A stretch of 64,000 nucleotides of DNA from Clostridia bacterium (GCA_045531205.1 JAZSDN010000050.1:6407-70406); one strand, 5' to 3'; counted from the first letter of the stretch, positions 1 to 11,399 are shown. Numbers and translations are program-made. Notes: generated by a model from the sequence alone, not told the origin.

Positions 1-1408
1 TAATGTGTATACTAACAAATAACTCTGCGTTGTTTTGATTTGCTATTTTGGTTCTGTCAAGTAATTCCACAAAAGTGTCATCTGTTCTTGTCATTATATT
101 TTTAACGCCTGCAGATGTTAAATATTCGCTTAAATAGGTTGAAATATCAAGATTTACATCTTTTTCCATAAGGTCAATAACTTCGCCTTCTTTACCTAAA
201 GCACCACAGTCTTCCCCTCCGTGTCCGGGGTCTATAACTACAAGCATATCCTTGGCTTTGTTATCTAATTTTACACTCAAAGCATCAGAAGCAACACTTT
301 CTCTTTGGAAAGTTATATATTGACTTTGACCGTTCTTTGTTATCTGATATTTCATTTTTTCTGTTGCATATACAGATAAGGTTGTTTTTTTATTTTCTTG
401 TGTGACAATTATTTTTTCTATATAAGTATCATCAGTTTCAATAGTTCCAAAACCTAAATTCTGTGAGTTTATTGTGAATATATATACATTGTTTTTTGAT
501 GATACAAAAGAAATTGCAGACAAATCATCGATTTCTATCTTGCTACCGCCAAGATTTGTATAATCAATATTTTTGTAAGTAGCGCCATCAAGTAAAATTT
601 CGTAACTGTTTGCACCTTTTTTTATAGAATATTTAGATTGTGTTTTTAAGTCTATAACTATACGAAAATAATCTTCGTGAACTGCATATCTTACATTAGT
701 AAGCCACTTTCCTGATTTTCCTGTACTTCCATCGGGAAAATCGGCATCAAATTCTTCAAAATCCAGAATTAGTCTGTCAGGCGCTGATAATGTTGAAATT
801 TTAGGTTCCTTACCGAATTTATTTACTTTTATTGTTACAGTATCGCCTTTTTTATCATAAGTGTTTAAAATATCTGTAATTATATATTCGGATTTTTTCT
901 CTTCGTCAATTTTATCATCAGGAGGAGTTCCTTCTTCTGTTGTGACAAAAACGGTATATGTCTTTTCATCCCATTCAACATTGTAACCGAGATTTTCCGA
1001 AATAAATCTTATAGGAATAAGCGTTCGTCCTGCCCCGGAAACATCTGTTAAAATTTTTGCAGGAACATCCAATGTTTTCTTTATTCCGTTTACCAGTACA
1101 GTTTTGCTGTTGATAGTAAGCTTTATACTGTGCTGATTTCCGGCTACTGTAACAGTTTGTGACGCTTGATTCCAGGTTACCTTTGCACCTGCCTTTTCAA
1201 AAAAAGCTCTTGCAGGAACCATTGTTCTGTCACCTATTATAACAGGAAGTACATCAAAATTTATTTTTTCTCCATTAAGTTTAACTGTTATATTTTCGCT
1301 ATGTATATTCCATGCGTTATCATAATAATAAAGATTTGATGCTGCAAAAACATTATAAGGAATTAACAGTATAATAAATATCAGTAATGTATATAAAAAT
1401 TTTTTCAT
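1..1408 (-). CDS. N-acetylmuramoyl-L-alanine amidase, partial (C-terminus runs off the window). It has a signal peptide, a copper-amine-oxidase-like stalk domain and a repeat region, then the start of an Amidase_3 domain.
   Basis: My translation of the minus strand from the ATG at 1408 (SD GAGGAG upstream). It reads MKKFLYTLLIFIILLIPYNVFAA..., then ...GDRTMVPARAFFEKAGAKVTWN... and ...GRTLIPIRFISENLGYNVEWD... (CuAO-N-like repeats), then ...MLVVIDPGHGGEDCGALGKEG...DRTKIANQNNAELFVSIH (Amidase_3 signature). Not in the ORF track because it is open at the window edge. Confidence 0.8.
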   Translation of the reverse strand, partial: MKKFLYTLLIFIILLIPYNVFAASNLYYYDNAWNIHSENITVKLNGEKINFDVLPVIIGDRTMVPARAFFEKAGAKVTWNQASQTVTVAGNQHSIKLTINSKTVLVNGIKKTLDVPAKILTDVSGAGRTLIPIRFISENLGYNVEWDEKTYTVFVTTEEGTPPDDKIDEEKKSEYIITDILNTYDKKGDTVTIKVNKFGKEPKISTLSAPDRLILDFEEFDADFPDGSTGKSGKWLTNVRYAVHEDYFRIVIDLKTQSKYSIKKGANSYEILLDGATYKNIDYTNLGGSKIEIDDLSAISFVSSKNNVYIFTINSQNLGFGTIETDDTYIEKIIVTQENKKTTLSVYATEKMKYQITKNGQSQYITFQRESVASDALSVKLDNKAKDMLVVIDPGHGGEDCGALGKEGEVIDLMEKDVNLDISTYLSEYLTSAGVKNIMTRTDDTFVELLDRTKIANQNNAELFVSIHI

Positions 1409-1519
1409 AAGTAGATAAAACTCCTCGAAATTAAGGTTATACTGTCTTTTTTCTATGTTTGATTTTTCAAATCCTTCAAAAAAATTAAAACGTAATAAAC
1501 CTATAATAAACGTGTAATA

Positions 1520-2527
1520 TTAATCTTCTTTGGCAATTCCAAAATATTCGTAACAGCTTTTGGTTATTACTCTGCCTCTCGGTGTTCTGTTTAAAAATCC
1601 AAGCTGCATAAGATATGGTTCGTATACATCTTCTATAGTAGAAACGTCTTCTCCGATGGTTGCTGACAAGGTTTCTACACCGACAGGCCCTCCGTCAAAA
1701 AAGTCTATTATAGCCATTATCATACGTCTGTCTACCATATCAAGACCTTTTTTGTCAATTTCAAGCATAGAAAGACCTAAATCAGCTACCTCACCTGTTA
1801 TTACACCATTTGCTTTTATTTGTGCAAAATCTCTTAAACGTTTCAAAAGTCTGTTTGCTATTCTGGGTGTTCCTCTTGAACGCATTGCAATTTCTCTTGC
1901 TCCGTCTTCTGTGATTTGAAGCTTTAATATAGATGCTGAACGTGTAACAATTTGCATAAGTTCTTCAGGAGTATAAAGCTCAAGGCGTGAGATTATACCA
2001 AATCTGTCTCTTAACGGAGCTGATAAAAGTCCTGCTCTTGTTGTTGCTCCAACCAAAGTAAATTTAGGTAAATCAAGCCTTACAGAACGTGCACTTGGAC
2101 CTTTCCCTATCATTATATCAAGCGCATAGTCTTCCATTGCAGGATAAAGAGTTTCTTCTGCTATTTTGCTGAGCCTATGAATTTCATCAATAAACAAAAC
2201 ATCATGAGGTGCAAGATTTGTAAGTATTGCAGCCAAATCTCCTGCTTTTTCTATTGAAGGACCGCTTGTAATTCGTAAATTAACACCCATTTCATTGGCA
2301 ATAATTCCAGCTAAAGTTGTTTTACCAAGACCGGGAGGTCCGTACAGCAAGCAATGGTCCAAAGGTTCTTTACGCATTTTTGCCGCTTCTATAAATATTT
2401 TAAGGTTGTCCTTTGTTTTTTGCTGACCTATATATTCGTTCATATAATGAGGACGTATTGCACTTTCGATATCGCGATCGTCATCAGTTTTCATAGAAGA
2501 AATAAGTCTTTCGTCATCAAATACCAT
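1520..2527 (-). CDS. ruvB: Holliday junction branch migration DNA helicase RuvB
   Basis: 335 aa. Walker [18 protein letters not shown], and typical RuvB N- and C-terminal sequence. Sits immediately downstream of ruvA. Confidence 0.97.
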   Translation of the reverse strand: MVFDDERLISSMKTDDDRDIESAIRPHYMNEYIGQQKTKDNLKIFIEAAKMRKEPLDHCLLYGPPGLGKTTLAGIIANEMGVNLRITSGPSIEKAGDLAAILTNLAPHDVLFIDEIHRLSKIAEETLYPAMEDYALDIMIGKGPSARSVRLDLPKFTLVGATTRAGLLSAPLRDRFGIISRLELYTPEELMQIVTRSASILKLQITEDGAREIAMRSRGTPRIANRLLKRLRDFAQIKANGVITGEVADLGLSMLEIDKKGLDMVDRRMIMAIIDFFDGGPVGVETLSATIGEDVSTIEDVYEPYLMQLGFLNRTPRGRVITKSCYEYFGIAKED

Positions 2528-2532
2528 TTAAC

Positions 2533-3117
2533 TCACCTCGCTAAATTTTTAAGAGCTGCCATAATTGAATCTTCAAGAGTAAGATTTTCAGGCACTGTCT
2601 GCATAGCATGTCTTGCTTCCTGTGCGGAATATCCTAACGAAACCAAAGCATTTACTGCTTCTGCAAAATTATCGGAATGAATAAAGGTTTCTGTTCCAAA
2701 AGCTGTTTCTTTTATTTCTTCGTCGCTGAGTTTTCCTTTTAACTCCAGAATAATTCTTTGTGCTATCTTTGCACCTACGCCGGGAGCTTTTGTTATAGAT
2801 TTTGTATCGTTTGATATTATAGCCAAAATAAGATCTTTCGGGGACAATGCAGAAAGGATTGCAAGCGCTGCTTTCGGCCCTACCCCACTTACAGAAATTA
2901 GATTTTCAAAAAGTCCCAGTTCTTCGGTTGTTAAAAAACCGAAGATGTCCATTATATCTTCACGAATATACATATATGTATAAAATGTAACAAAATCAGA
3001 ATTTACTGTAGCAAGATTTGATGCAGAAGTGTAAACCTTATACCCTACCCCACCTACATCAATAACTATAAAGTTTTCTCCTTTTAAGGCAGGAGTGCCT
3101 TTTAAATAATAGAACAT
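2533..3117 (-). CDS. ruvA: Holliday junction DNA helicase subunit RuvA
   Basis: The track ORF is 2533..3165. I place the start at M17 (MFYYLKG...), which gives the typical RuvA N-terminus and a TAATG overlap with the ruvC stop at 3117. HhH motifs GVGPKAA and GVGAKIAQRI are present. Confidence 0.92.
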   Translation of the reverse strand: MFYYLKGTPALKGENFIVIDVGGVGYKVYTSASNLATVNSDFVTFYTYMYIREDIMDIFGFLTTEELGLFENLISVSGVGPKAALAILSALSPKDLILAIISNDTKSITKAPGVGAKIAQRIILELKGKLSDEEIKETAFGTETFIHSDNFAEAVNALVSLGYSAQEARHAMQTVPENLTLEDSIMAALKNLAR

Positions 3118-3611
3118 TATTTTGCTCCCATCATATAATTTAACTTTGATGAATGTGCGTGGCAAATTGCAGCTGCAAGTGCATCGGCAACGTCGTCAGG
3201 CTTTGGTACTGCCTGCAGATTCAAAAAAGTTTTAACCATTTGCTGTATCTGATATTTATCTGCTCTGCCGTATCCCGTCAAGGCTTGTTTTATTTGAAGC
3301 GGTGTGTATTCAAAAATAGGAACACCGGCATTTTGTGCAGCAAGAAGAATAACTCCTCTTGCGTGTCCTACAGCTATTGCTGTTTTTACATTGGTATTAA
3401 AAAAAAGTTCTTCAACCGACATAGCGTCAGGATTATATTTTGTTATAAGTCTTTGAGTCTGATCGTAAAGACATTTTAACCTTTCAGGAAAAGGAGTCCC
3501 TGCGCAAGTTGTTATAGCACCGTAATCCAAAGCTTTAAATGAATTATTATTATATTCTATTACCCCAAAACCCTCTATTGCAAAGCCAGGGTCTACGCCA
3601 AGAATTCTCAA
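3117..3611 (-). CDS. ruvC: Crossover junction endodeoxyribonuclease RuvC
   Basis: 164 aa. MRILGVDPG..., and typical RuvC length and context (ruvC-ruvA-ruvB). Confidence 0.95.
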   Translation of the reverse strand: MRILGVDPGFAIEGFGVIEYNNNSFKALDYGAITTCAGTPFPERLKCLYDQTQRLITKYNPDAMSVEELFFNTNVKTAIAVGHARGVILLAAQNAGVPIFEYTPLQIKQALTGYGRADKYQIQQMVKTFLNLQAVPKPDDVADALAAAICHAHSSKLNYMMGAK

Positions 3612-3732
3612 GAGAAAACTCCTTCCTTCATTCTTTATTATTAGATATAAATATAGCTACAGGAACTATTATTGCAATAGCTATTGCAAACCATGTGGCA
3701 AAGTTCATAAACATAAAATCAATCCTTTGTAA

Positions 3733-4146
3733 TTATAAAACCATAACAAGAGTCCCTAATGTAATAAAAATACAACCAATGAGTGATTTTGTTGTAAACT
3801 GCTCATGCAAGAAGACAAATGCCAATACTAGAGTTATTACAACGCTCAACTTATCTACCGGAACAACTTTGGACGCTTCTCCAACTTGTAACGCTTTATA
3901 ATAACAAAGCCATGAAGCTCCTGTTGCAAGACCAGACAAAATTAAAAAGACCCAACTTTTTGTATTGATTTCTGTTATAGTTTTTTGTGTGTTAGTTAGA
4001 AATACCATGCCCCACGCCATAATAACTACAACTACAGTACGTATTGCTGTAGCAAGATTTGAATTTACTCCATCTATACCTATTTTTGCAAGAATAGACG
4101 TAAGTGCTGCAAATACAGCAGATAAAAGTGCCAATATAAACCACAT
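3733..4146 (-). CDS. Small single-domain EamA/DMT-family membrane transporter
   Basis: 137 aa with about 4-5 predicted TM helices and EamA-like sequence (…LATGASWLCYYKALQVGEASKVVPVDKLS…). Confidence 0.6.
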   Translation of the reverse strand: MWFILALLSAVFAALTSILAKIGIDGVNSNLATAIRTVVVVIMAWGMVFLTNTQKTITEINTKSWVFLILSGLATGASWLCYYKALQVGEASKVVPVDKLSVVITLVLAFVFLHEQFTTKSLIGCIFITLGTLVMVL

Positions 4147-4270
4147 AATAAACCAAGTCCCTTTTAATTAGTCGAGTCAGATATTATACATAAATTTTAT
4201 CATATTTCGAAGATTTTTGCAATATAAATATTCCTTAAAACAATATTTATATTTTTAAATTTTCTTTATT

Positions 4271-4308
4271 TTGGTATATTTATTCATTTTTGTGAATATT
4301 TTTTCAAA
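4271..4308 (+). promoter_or_regulatory. Candidate ArgR/AhrC operator: two 18-bp ARG boxes separated by 2 bp
   Basis: TTGGTATATTTATTCATT (4271-4288) and TGTGAATATTTTTTCAAA (4291-4308), compared by hand with TNTGAATWWWWATTCANW. Box 2 has one core mismatch and box 1 has two to three. They sit just upstream of the -35 of the argG promoter. Confidence 0.45.
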
Positions 4309-4314
4309 AAGGTG

Positions 4315-4343
4315 TTGCAAAAGGAAAAATGTTGTAGTATAAT
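4315..4343 (+). promoter_or_regulatory. Sigma-A type promoter of argGH
   Basis: TTGCAA (4315-4320), 17-nt spacer, TATAAT (4338-4343). SD AGGAGG at 4361-4366 precedes the ATG at 4375. Confidence 0.55.
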
Positions 4344-4374
4344 ATATAGGAAAAATTTTTAGGAGGTCATTATT

Positions 4375-5592
4375 ATGGCAAAAGAAAAAATAGTTTTAGC
4401 ATACTCTGGCGGACTTGATACATCAATTATCATTCCCTGGCTCCACGAACATTACGATTGTGAAGTAATTTGTGTTTGTGGTGATGTTGGACAAGGTAAA
4501 GAAACAGACGGTCTTGAAGAACGTGCTCTTAAAGCAGGTGCTTCAAAGCTTTACATAGAAGATTTGCGTGATGAATACATCCGTGACTTTATCTACCCCA
4601 CTTTAAAAGCAGGTGCTGTATACGAAGGCAAATATCTCCTTGGTACATCTCACGCACGTCCTATCATTGCAAAGAGACTTGTTGAAATTGCAAAGGCTGA
4701 AGGCGCAACTGCAATCTGCCACGGCGCAACAGGTAAAGGTAACGATCAGGTTAGATTTGAGCTTACAATTAAAGCTTTAGCACCCGAAATGAAAATAATT
4801 GCTCCCTGGCGTACATGGGAACTTAAATCACGTGAAGAAGAAATTGATTATGCAATTGCTCACAATATTGAAGTTCCTGTAACAAAAGAAGATATGTATT
4901 CACGCGACAGAAACATCTGGCATATCAGCCACGAAGGCATGGACCTTGAAGATCCTGAAAATATGCCCCAGTACGATTCACTTCTTAAGCTTTCAAATCC
5001 CGTTGATAAAACTCCTGATGATAAGAAGTTTATCACAATTGATTTTGAAAAGGGTGTTCCCGTAAGCATCGACGGCAAAAAAATGGAACCCATCGAACTT
5101 GTTGAAACTCTTAATAAAATCGGTGGTGAATACGGCATAGGTATAGCTGATATTGTAGAAGACCGTCTTGTTGGAATGAAATCCCGTGGTGTATACGAAA
5201 CTCCCGGTGGTACAATTCTTTATTACGCTCACAACGAACTTGAATACCTTTGTCTTGACAGACAGACTCAGGAATTCAAGCGTCACGTTGGCATAAAGTT
5301 CTCGGAACTTGTTTACGACGGACTTTGGTTTACACCTTTGCGTGAAGCTCTTTCTGCATTTGTTGATTCTACACAGGAAACTGTAACAGGTTCAGTAAAA
5401 CTTATGCTTTATAAAGGTAATATTTATTCAGCAGGTGCTAAATCCGATTACTCACTTTACAACGAAAATATCGCAAGCTTTGGCGACAGTAAAGAACTTT
5501 ACAGCCATAAAGATTCAGAAGGATTTATAAACCTTTTTGGCTTACCGCTTAAAGTTCGTGCTCTTATGAACAAAAATAACGAGGAGAAATAA
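4375..5592 (+). CDS. argG: Argininosuccinate synthase
   Basis: 405 aa. [12 protein letters not shown]-binding motif and full-length ArgG-like sequence. Confidence 0.97.
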   Translation: MAKEKIVLAYSGGLDTSIIIPWLHEHYDCEVICVCGDVGQGKETDGLEERALKAGASKLYIEDLRDEYIRDFIYPTLKAGAVYEGKYLLGTSHARPIIAKRLVEIAKAEGATAICHGATGKGNDQVRFELTIKALAPEMKIIAPWRTWELKSREEEIDYAIAHNIEVPVTKEDMYSRDRNIWHISHEGMDLEDPENMPQYDSLLKLSNPVDKTPDDKKFITIDFEKGVPVSIDGKKMEPIELVETLNKIGGEYGIGIADIVEDRLVGMKSRGVYETPGGTILYYAHNELEYLCLDRQTQEFKRHVGIKFSELVYDGLWFTPLREALSAFVDSTQETVTGSVKLMLYKGNIYSAGAKSDYSLYNENIASFGDSKELYSHKDSEGFINLFGLPLKVRALMNKNNEEK

Positions 5593-5595
5593 TTC

Positions 5596-6981
5596 ATGAA
5601 ATTATGGAGCGGAAGATTTGAAAAAAACACCGACAAAGCGGTTGATGATTTTAACTCTTCAATAAAATTTGACAGCCGTATGTACCGCGAAGATATACAC
5701 GGCAGTATGGCTCACGCAAAAATGCTTGGCAAACAAAATATAATTTCGCAGAGCGAAGCTGACCTTATAGTTAAAACTCTTGGCGAAATTCTTGAAGATA
5801 TCGAATGCGGTAAGCTTGAAATTTCGGCTACCGCAGAAGATATTCATATGTTTATCGAAACTGTACTTACCGAAAGAATCGGTGATGCTGGAAAACGCCT
5901 TCATACAGGAAGAAGCCGTAACGACCAGGTTGCTCTTGATATAAGAATGTATCTTATGAATCAGGAAACCGAAATAGCTGCACTTATAAAAGAATTAGTG
6001 CAAACTCTGCTTTCAAAGGCACGTGAGAATACCAAAACTTTTATGCCCGGTTATACTCATATGCAAAAGGCGCAGCCTATAACTTTAGCACACCATTTTC
6101 TTGCTTATTCGCAAATGTTTGTGCGAGATATATCACGCCTTGAAGATGCGAAAAAACGTACAAATGTTATGCCTTTGGGGTCAGGTGCTTTAGCCGGCAC
6201 AACTTATCCTCTTGACCGAGAATTTGTTGCAAATGAGCTTGGTTTTTCAGAGATTACATTAAATTCTATAGACGGAGTAAGCGACAGAGATTTTGTAATA
6301 GAGCTTGCCTCTGCCCTCTCTCTTGTAATGATGCATCTTTCACGTTTTTGCGAAGAGCTTATTTTGTGGAACACAAACGAGTTTTCTTTTGTTGAAATGG
6401 ACGATGCATATTCAACAGGAAGCAGTATAATGCCACAAAAGAAAAATCCTGATGTTGCAGAGCTGATAAGAGGAAAAAGCGGTAGAGTTTTCGGTGATCT
6501 TATAGGTCTTTTAAGTATGATGAAGGGTCTTCCTTTAGCATATAACAAAGATATGCAGGAAGATAAAGAAGCTATTTTTGATTCTATTGACACAGTAAAG
6601 CTTTGCTTGCCTGTATTTACTAAAATGATAGACACAATGAAGGTAAATCAAGAAAATATGCGAAAAGGTGCAGCGGGAGGATTTACAAATGCAACTGATG
6701 CTGCAGATTATCTTGTTAAAAAAGGTGTTCCCTTCCGCCAGGCTCACGAAATAGTAGGAAAACTTGTTTTATATTCAATAAAAAATAATAAATCACTTGA
6801 AGAACTTTCTTTAACAGAATATCAAGAGATTTACGAAGGTTTTTCCGACGATATATACGATGCAATAAGCATAGAAACTTGTGTTGAAAAACGTACTATT
6901 CCCGGTTCTCCGGCAGAAAAAACGGTACTGCTTGCAATAAACAGTACCGAAGAAAAACTAAATAGTTTCAATATTATTTAA
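5596..6981 (+). CDS. argH: Argininosuccinate lyase
   Basis: 461 aa. MKLWSGRF..., the fumarate-lyase signature [12 protein letters not shown]. Follows argG after a 3-nt gap. Confidence 0.97.
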   Translation: MKLWSGRFEKNTDKAVDDFNSSIKFDSRMYREDIHGSMAHAKMLGKQNIISQSEADLIVKTLGEILEDIECGKLEISATAEDIHMFIETVLTERIGDAGKRLHTGRSRNDQVALDIRMYLMNQETEIAALIKELVQTLLSKARENTKTFMPGYTHMQKAQPITLAHHFLAYSQMFVRDISRLEDAKKRTNVMPLGSGALAGTTYPLDREFVANELGFSEITLNSIDGVSDRDFVIELASALSLVMMHLSRFCEELILWNTNEFSFVEMDDAYSTGSSIMPQKKNPDVAELIRGKSGRVFGDLIGLLSMMKGLPLAYNKDMQEDKEAIFDSIDTVKLCLPVFTKMIDTMKVNQENMRKGAAGGFTNATDAADYLVKKGVPFRQAHEIVGKLVLYSIKNNKSLEELSLTEYQEIYEGFSDDIYDAISIETCVEKRTIPGSPAEKTVLLAINSTEEKLNSFNII

Positions 6982-7767
6982 TTCTTCAAGCGCTGCTTTA
7001 GTAATATAAGGCAGCGTTTTCTTTTGTGAAACTCTTTTAAGCGTAGCTTTTGCCTCTTTTTCTTTTCCTATTTTAAAAAGTGTTTTGCCTATGTATAATT
7101 CATTAAGATATACGCTGTGTTTATTTGTAAAACCGATTTTTTTTGCATCGTCAAACATTGATTTTGCAGTTTTATATTCTCCTTCCGAAAAAGCAACCAT
7201 ACCTTTTGTTAATAGAAAATTCTCTTCTGGTAAATACTTTTTCGCTTTTTTCATATACTTTTCAGCAATTTTAAGAGAATTTGCAGCATTATCACTGTCG
7301 TCAAGTTCTGCATAAAACATAGCCAGATTATTGTAATAAATTGCCCACGATATCTTGTCTGTCGCTTTAATGTTTGCTTTTTTTGTGACAACAATGGCTT
7401 TTGCAGGTTTTTCTATTGCTTCATATCCCAAAGCAAGATTAAGTCTTAGTGATGTTAAAAATCTTTTTGTCTTTGTTTTTGAAATAAGTGCTTCGGATTC
7501 CGCAATAAATTTTTCGGCATTACATTCCTTATAAAGAATTTCTAAAAGTGCCTCTATTTTTTTGTTTTCCTTTCCGTTTCTTATAAAAGTAAATATTGCT
7601 ACAAAAACAGAAACCAGAAAAAGTGCTCCTGCAAAAGGAATTCTGTACGCTGCCGGTGACGAAAACATTATTATTAATATTGCTATCAAACTAACCAGTA
7701 TTAACACAACAGTTGATACTGTTCTTAAAATATTGTTAACACTTTCGCGGTCTATTGCAATTCTCAC
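6958..7767 (-). CDS. Hypothetical membrane-anchored protein with a TPR-like helical repeat region
   Basis: 269 aa. Two N-terminal TM segments, then repeated A/Y/K-rich helical units (…[34 protein letters not shown]…). No specific family recognised. Confidence 0.4.
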   Translation of the reverse strand: MRIAIDRESVNNILRTVSTVVLILVSLIAILIIMFSSPAAYRIPFAGALFLVSVFVAIFTFIRNGKENKKIEALLEILYKECNAEKFIAESEALISKTKTKRFLTSLRLNLALGYEAIEKPAKAIVVTKKANIKATDKISWAIYYNNLAMFYAELDDSDNAANSLKIAEKYMKKAKKYLPEENFLLTKGMVAFSEGEYKTAKSMFDDAKKIGFTNKHSVYLNELYIGKTLFKIGKEKEAKATLKRVSQKKTLPYITKAALEELNNIETI

Positions 7768-8909
7768 TTCAGTTCCTCCAAAACAGACTTAATATCATTG
7801 CTGCCAAGCAATTCTTTTGCTTTTAAAATGCTATCGTAATTTGAAAGCTGACTGATTGTTTTTAAGATGTCTTCTGATGACATTTCGTTTACAGTTTCGT
7901 CGTGCTTAAATAAAAGTGCAGCTGCAATACCTGCTTCAATGAAGGTTGTATCAACATTTTGTTCTTTGCACATATTGTAAGCACCAATAAGTCTGTCAGA
8001 AGGTGAAAGCTTACGTTTTAAGTCATTGCCAACTCTCTTAACTGTATCGCCAAGCTGACGGTTACCAAAACGGCTTATTAAATCATTTACATGGTCGAAA
8101 AGCTCAGAAACATCTGTATTATGACGTTTTGCTAAAGCAATAGCAGACTCAGTCATTGCACGGATAACAATAAGTTCGATATACGGATTTTCTATAGCTT
8201 CCCATATATATTCATATCCACAAAGATTTCCAAGATATGCGGTTATTGCGTGTCCCATATTATGAATATAGAGCTTTCTTTCTATATAAAATTCAAATGG
8301 TGTAAAGAGAATAGCATTTTTAATTTCAGGAATTTCTCCCTTGAAAGCAGCTTTGTCAAGAGGTAACTTATCAAAGGCTTCAACACATACTCTTAAGGGA
8401 TTATCGCCCTGCATCTCGGGTGTTTGAACAGGAACCATTCTGCCTATAGAAGCTTCTACAAAACCAACATTTTCAAGAACTGATACATCATCAAGATACT
8501 GTGATATAAGCTCTTTTAAAATTTTATCTGCACCTATTAAGTTTTCGCAGATAATTATATTAAGAGGTCTGTTACCTTCTGAAAAACGCAATTTTATACC
8601 TTCGGCTAAAGGTTTTGCGATGAATTTTAAAATATTTACGCCTACAGCAGTTGCCATAATATCAGTATCAGCAATTGCTCTTGCTACAGCATTTATATCT
8701 TTTCCGTCAATACAGGAAACGTTTTTTACCATAGTTTCTTTTGCGCCCTGTTTATAAAGAATGTTTACAGGGTATTCGCCAGCTTCATTTATTGCATTTA
8801 TAACTTCGTCTTTAACATCAACAAATGCAACATCATAACCAGATTCATAAAAAAGCTGTCCTATAAATCCTCTTCCAATATTTCCTGCTCCGTACATTAT
8901 TGCTTTCAT
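7764..8909 (-). CDS. mtlD: Mannitol-1-phosphate 5-dehydrogenase family oxidoreductase
   Basis: 381 aa. N-terminus MKAIMYGAGNIGRGFIGQLF matches the MtlD Rossmann signature (xxFGAGNIGRGFIG). No adjacent mannitol PTS genes. Confidence 0.72.
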   Translation of the reverse strand: MKAIMYGAGNIGRGFIGQLFYESGYDVAFVDVKDEVINAINEAGEYPVNILYKQGAKETMVKNVSCIDGKDINAVARAIADTDIMATAVGVNILKFIAKPLAEGIKLRFSEGNRPLNIIICENLIGADKILKELISQYLDDVSVLENVGFVEASIGRMVPVQTPEMQGDNPLRVCVEAFDKLPLDKAAFKGEIPEIKNAILFTPFEFYIERKLYIHNMGHAITAYLGNLCGYEYIWEAIENPYIELIVIRAMTESAIALAKRHNTDVSELFDHVNDLISRFGNRQLGDTVKRVGNDLKRKLSPSDRLIGAYNMCKEQNVDTTFIEAGIAAALLFKHDETVNEMSSEDILKTISQLSNYDSILKAKELLGSNDIKSVLEELK

Positions 8910-8926
8910 CTTGTAATCTCATCCTT

Positions 8927-10588
8927 TCAAACTTCATTTATAACGGGAAGTATCATTGGTTTACGTTTTGTCTTATCGTATATAAAATCGGTAAGAGCAT
9001 TTCGTATATATGTTTTCTTTATATTCCAGTCACCCTTTGCTTTAGGCGACAAGATTGTGTTTTCTGCGACCTCTCTTACTTCGCTCATAAGGTCTTCAGA
9101 TTCCCTGACATACACAAATCCTCTTGAAATAACGTCAGGTCCTGAAATAATTTCGCCTGTTTCGGCAGACAGAGTAGTTACAACTATTATAATACCATCT
9201 TCACTTAAATGCTTTCTGTCACGAAGAACAATGTTTCCTACATCCCCTACTCCATACCCGTCAACCAAAACTTTGCCGGCGGTGACATTCTGTCCCATAG
9301 ATGTTCCTCTTTCGTTAAGCTCCAGCACATCTCCCAAAGACAAAATGAATATATTTTTCTTTTTTACTCCCATAAGCTCGCCAAGTTCGGCGTGTCGTAC
9401 CAAATGACGATGTTCTCCGTGTACAGGAATAAAATATTTAGGCTTTACAAGTCCAAGCATAAGCTTTAATTCTTCGCTTCTGGCATGGCCTGAAACGTGT
9501 ACTTCTGCCAAAGATTCATAAATAACCTCTGCGCCCTTTTTAAACAATTCATTAATAAGATTAAACACGGCTTTTTCGTTTCCGGGGATAGGATTTGCTG
9601 AAATTATAATAAGGTCTCCTGATACAATTTCAACGTTTTTATGCCCGGAATATGCCATTCGGCTTAAAGCACTCATAGGCTCTCCCTGACTGCCTGTTGT
9701 TATAATGACTAACCTTGAAGGATTATGCTGATTGATTTCTTCTAACGGTATTAATGTTCCTTTAGGTATTTTCATATAACCAAGCTCGGAAGCAACTTCA
9801 ATCACATTTTCCATGCTTCTTCCTGAAAGAGCAACTTTTCTGTTATATTTAACTGCTGAATTTATAATCTGCTGTATTCTGTGAATGTTAGAAGAAAATG
9901 ACGCAACAATTATTCTTTGCTTTGAGCCTGCAAAAATATCATCAAATCTTTCTCCTACACTTCTTTCCGACATGGTATAACCCGCGCGTTCAACATTTGT
10001 ACTGTCAGAAAGCAATGCTAAAACGCCGGCATTTCCAAGTTCCCCGAATCTTGTAAGATTTATCATTTCGCCTTCAATAGGTGTAGTATCAATTTTAAAG
10101 TCACCTGTGTGTACAATAACACCTGCAGGTGTAGTAACCGCCATACCTACAGAATCAACAATACTGTGATTAACTCTTATAAATTCAATTTTAAAATTCT
10201 TGCCAAGCTTAATTTTTTGTCCGGCATTAACTGTACAAAGCTTGCATTCTGAAAGCATACCATGTTCTTTGAGTTTGTACTCAACAAGGCCTAATGTAAG
10301 CTTTGTTCCGTAAATAGGAACATTTATATCCCTTAATACATAAGGAAGCGCTCCTATATGATCCTCGTGTCCGTGAGTAAGTAATATACCCTTTATTTTT
10401 TCCTTGTTTTTTGTAAGATATGTTATATCCGGAATAACAAGGTCAATACCAAGCATATCCTCATCAGGAAAAGCAAGCCCGCAATCAATAACTATAATTT
10501 CGTCTGAATACTCAATTACAGTCATATTTTTTCCTATCTCGTCAAGCCCGCCAAGAGGAATAATCTTCACTTTTTCAATTTTTGACAC
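8927..10588 (-). CDS. rnj: Ribonuclease J
   Basis: 553 aa. Metallo-beta-lactamase motif HGHEDHIG, beta-CASP region, and typical RNase J N-terminus (KVKIIPLGGLDEIGKNM). Confidence 0.93.
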   Translation of the reverse strand: MSKIEKVKIIPLGGLDEIGKNMTVIEYSDEIIVIDCGLAFPDEDMLGIDLVIPDITYLTKNKEKIKGILLTHGHEDHIGALPYVLRDINVPIYGTKLTLGLVEYKLKEHGMLSECKLCTVNAGQKIKLGKNFKIEFIRVNHSIVDSVGMAVTTPAGVIVHTGDFKIDTTPIEGEMINLTRFGELGNAGVLALLSDSTNVERAGYTMSERSVGERFDDIFAGSKQRIIVASFSSNIHRIQQIINSAVKYNRKVALSGRSMENVIEVASELGYMKIPKGTLIPLEEINQHNPSRLVIITTGSQGEPMSALSRMAYSGHKNVEIVSGDLIIISANPIPGNEKAVFNLINELFKKGAEVIYESLAEVHVSGHARSEELKLMLGLVKPKYFIPVHGEHRHLVRHAELGELMGVKKKNIFILSLGDVLELNERGTSMGQNVTAGKVLVDGYGVGDVGNIVLRDRKHLSEDGIIIVVTTLSAETGEIISGPDVISRGFVYVRESEDLMSEVREVAENTILSPKAKGDWNIKKTYIRNALTDFIYDKTKRKPMILPVINEV

Positions 10589-10704
10589 AATTTAACCTCC
10601 ATAAAAATTTTCCGCTCAAAATCAATCTTGCATATTATATCACAAAAAAATAGTCAAGTCAATTCTTTTTAAATATTATATCCAATTTATGGAAAATATG
10701 TACA

Positions 10705-10740
10705 AAAAGTTCCGATAAAAAATTATCGGAACTTTTTTAG
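10705..10740. terminator. Bidirectional rho-independent terminator (serves the SASP gene on the minus strand)
   Basis: AAAAAGTTCCGATAAAAAATTATCGGAACTTTTTT: a roughly 10-bp stem flanked by an A-run and a T-run. Confidence 0.65.
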
Positions 10741-10752
10741 GCTATTTTATAT

Positions 10753-10944
10753 TTATTTTATGCTGTTTTCGTAAGCCTGAACCATCTTTTTAACCATCTG
10801 TCCGCCTACAGAACCTGCCTGCTTTGAGGTAAGGTCACCGTTGTAACCGTTCTTAAGGTTAACACCTACTTCGTTAGCAGCTTCCATCTTGAACTTGTCA
10901 AGTGCTGCACGAGCTTCGGGAACTAACTGTCTGTTATTTGCCAT
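10753..10944 (-). CDS. Alpha/beta-type small acid-soluble spore protein
   Basis: 63 aa. ...LVPEARAALDKFKMEAANEVGV...LTSKQAGSVGGQMVKKMV... is the canonical alpha/beta SASP signature. Confidence 0.92.
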   Translation of the reverse strand: MANNRQLVPEARAALDKFKMEAANEVGVNLKNGYNGDLTSKQAGSVGGQMVKKMVQAYENSIK

Positions 10945-11042
10945 TGTAATTTCATCTCCTTAATTTGATTTTTGCTTTTTTTCTTGGTGCATTCTTATTT
11001 TTAGCATAGCAAAAATTTATATTCAGGAAAAGATTTGAAATT

Positions 11043-11399
11043 CTAATTTTTTTCTTTGCATTTTTTGCCAAAAAACACGTTAGTATCAATAAACATTCTT
11101 TCGCCATCTTCGGAGAATCCTATTTTTCTCATATAAGGAAATAAATCTTTATTGAAACTGAAAACCTCAAACACAGAATGAACATCCATATAGTTTATAA
11201 CCGATTTAATCATTCCGTCATATAAAAACATATCATCAACTTTTATATAAACAATTTCTCCGTTTTCACTGCAGGCTGCTACAGCAATAATTTTGTTGTT
11301 ATCGCCTGTGTCACGTGCAGAAAGATGAATGTAATTCCCTTCCTTTTCTGTATAAGCATAAATTTCTTCTAATTTTTCGTCGTATTTTATAGCTATCAT
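11043..11399 (-). CDS. Hypothetical protein
   Basis: The track ORF is 11043..11447. A start at MIAIKYDE (11399) gives an ATGA-type 4-nt overlap with the stop of the upstream pseudouridine synthase gene. No family recognised. Confidence 0.35.
   Translation of the reverse strand: MIAIKYDEKLEEIYAYTEKEGNYIHLSARDTGDNNKIIAVAACSENGEIVYIKVDDMFLYDGMIKSVINYMDVHSVFEVFSFNKDLFPYMRKIGFSEDGERMFIDTNVFFGKKCKEKN

Noticed and set aside
6958-6981. A 24-nt convergent overlap of the argH 3' end with the 3' end of the TPR-like membrane protein gene.
   Set aside because: Short convergent overlaps are common in compact genomes. No hairpin or other structure is evident. This is probably just shared terminator-less packing or a slightly mis-set stop context.
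10945-11042. A possible forespore (sigma-G/sigma-F) promoter upstream of the SASP gene. The minus strand contains TGAATA.
   Set aside because: I could not find a convincing CATxxTA-type -10 element at the required 17-18 nt spacing, so the call would be a guess driven by expectation.
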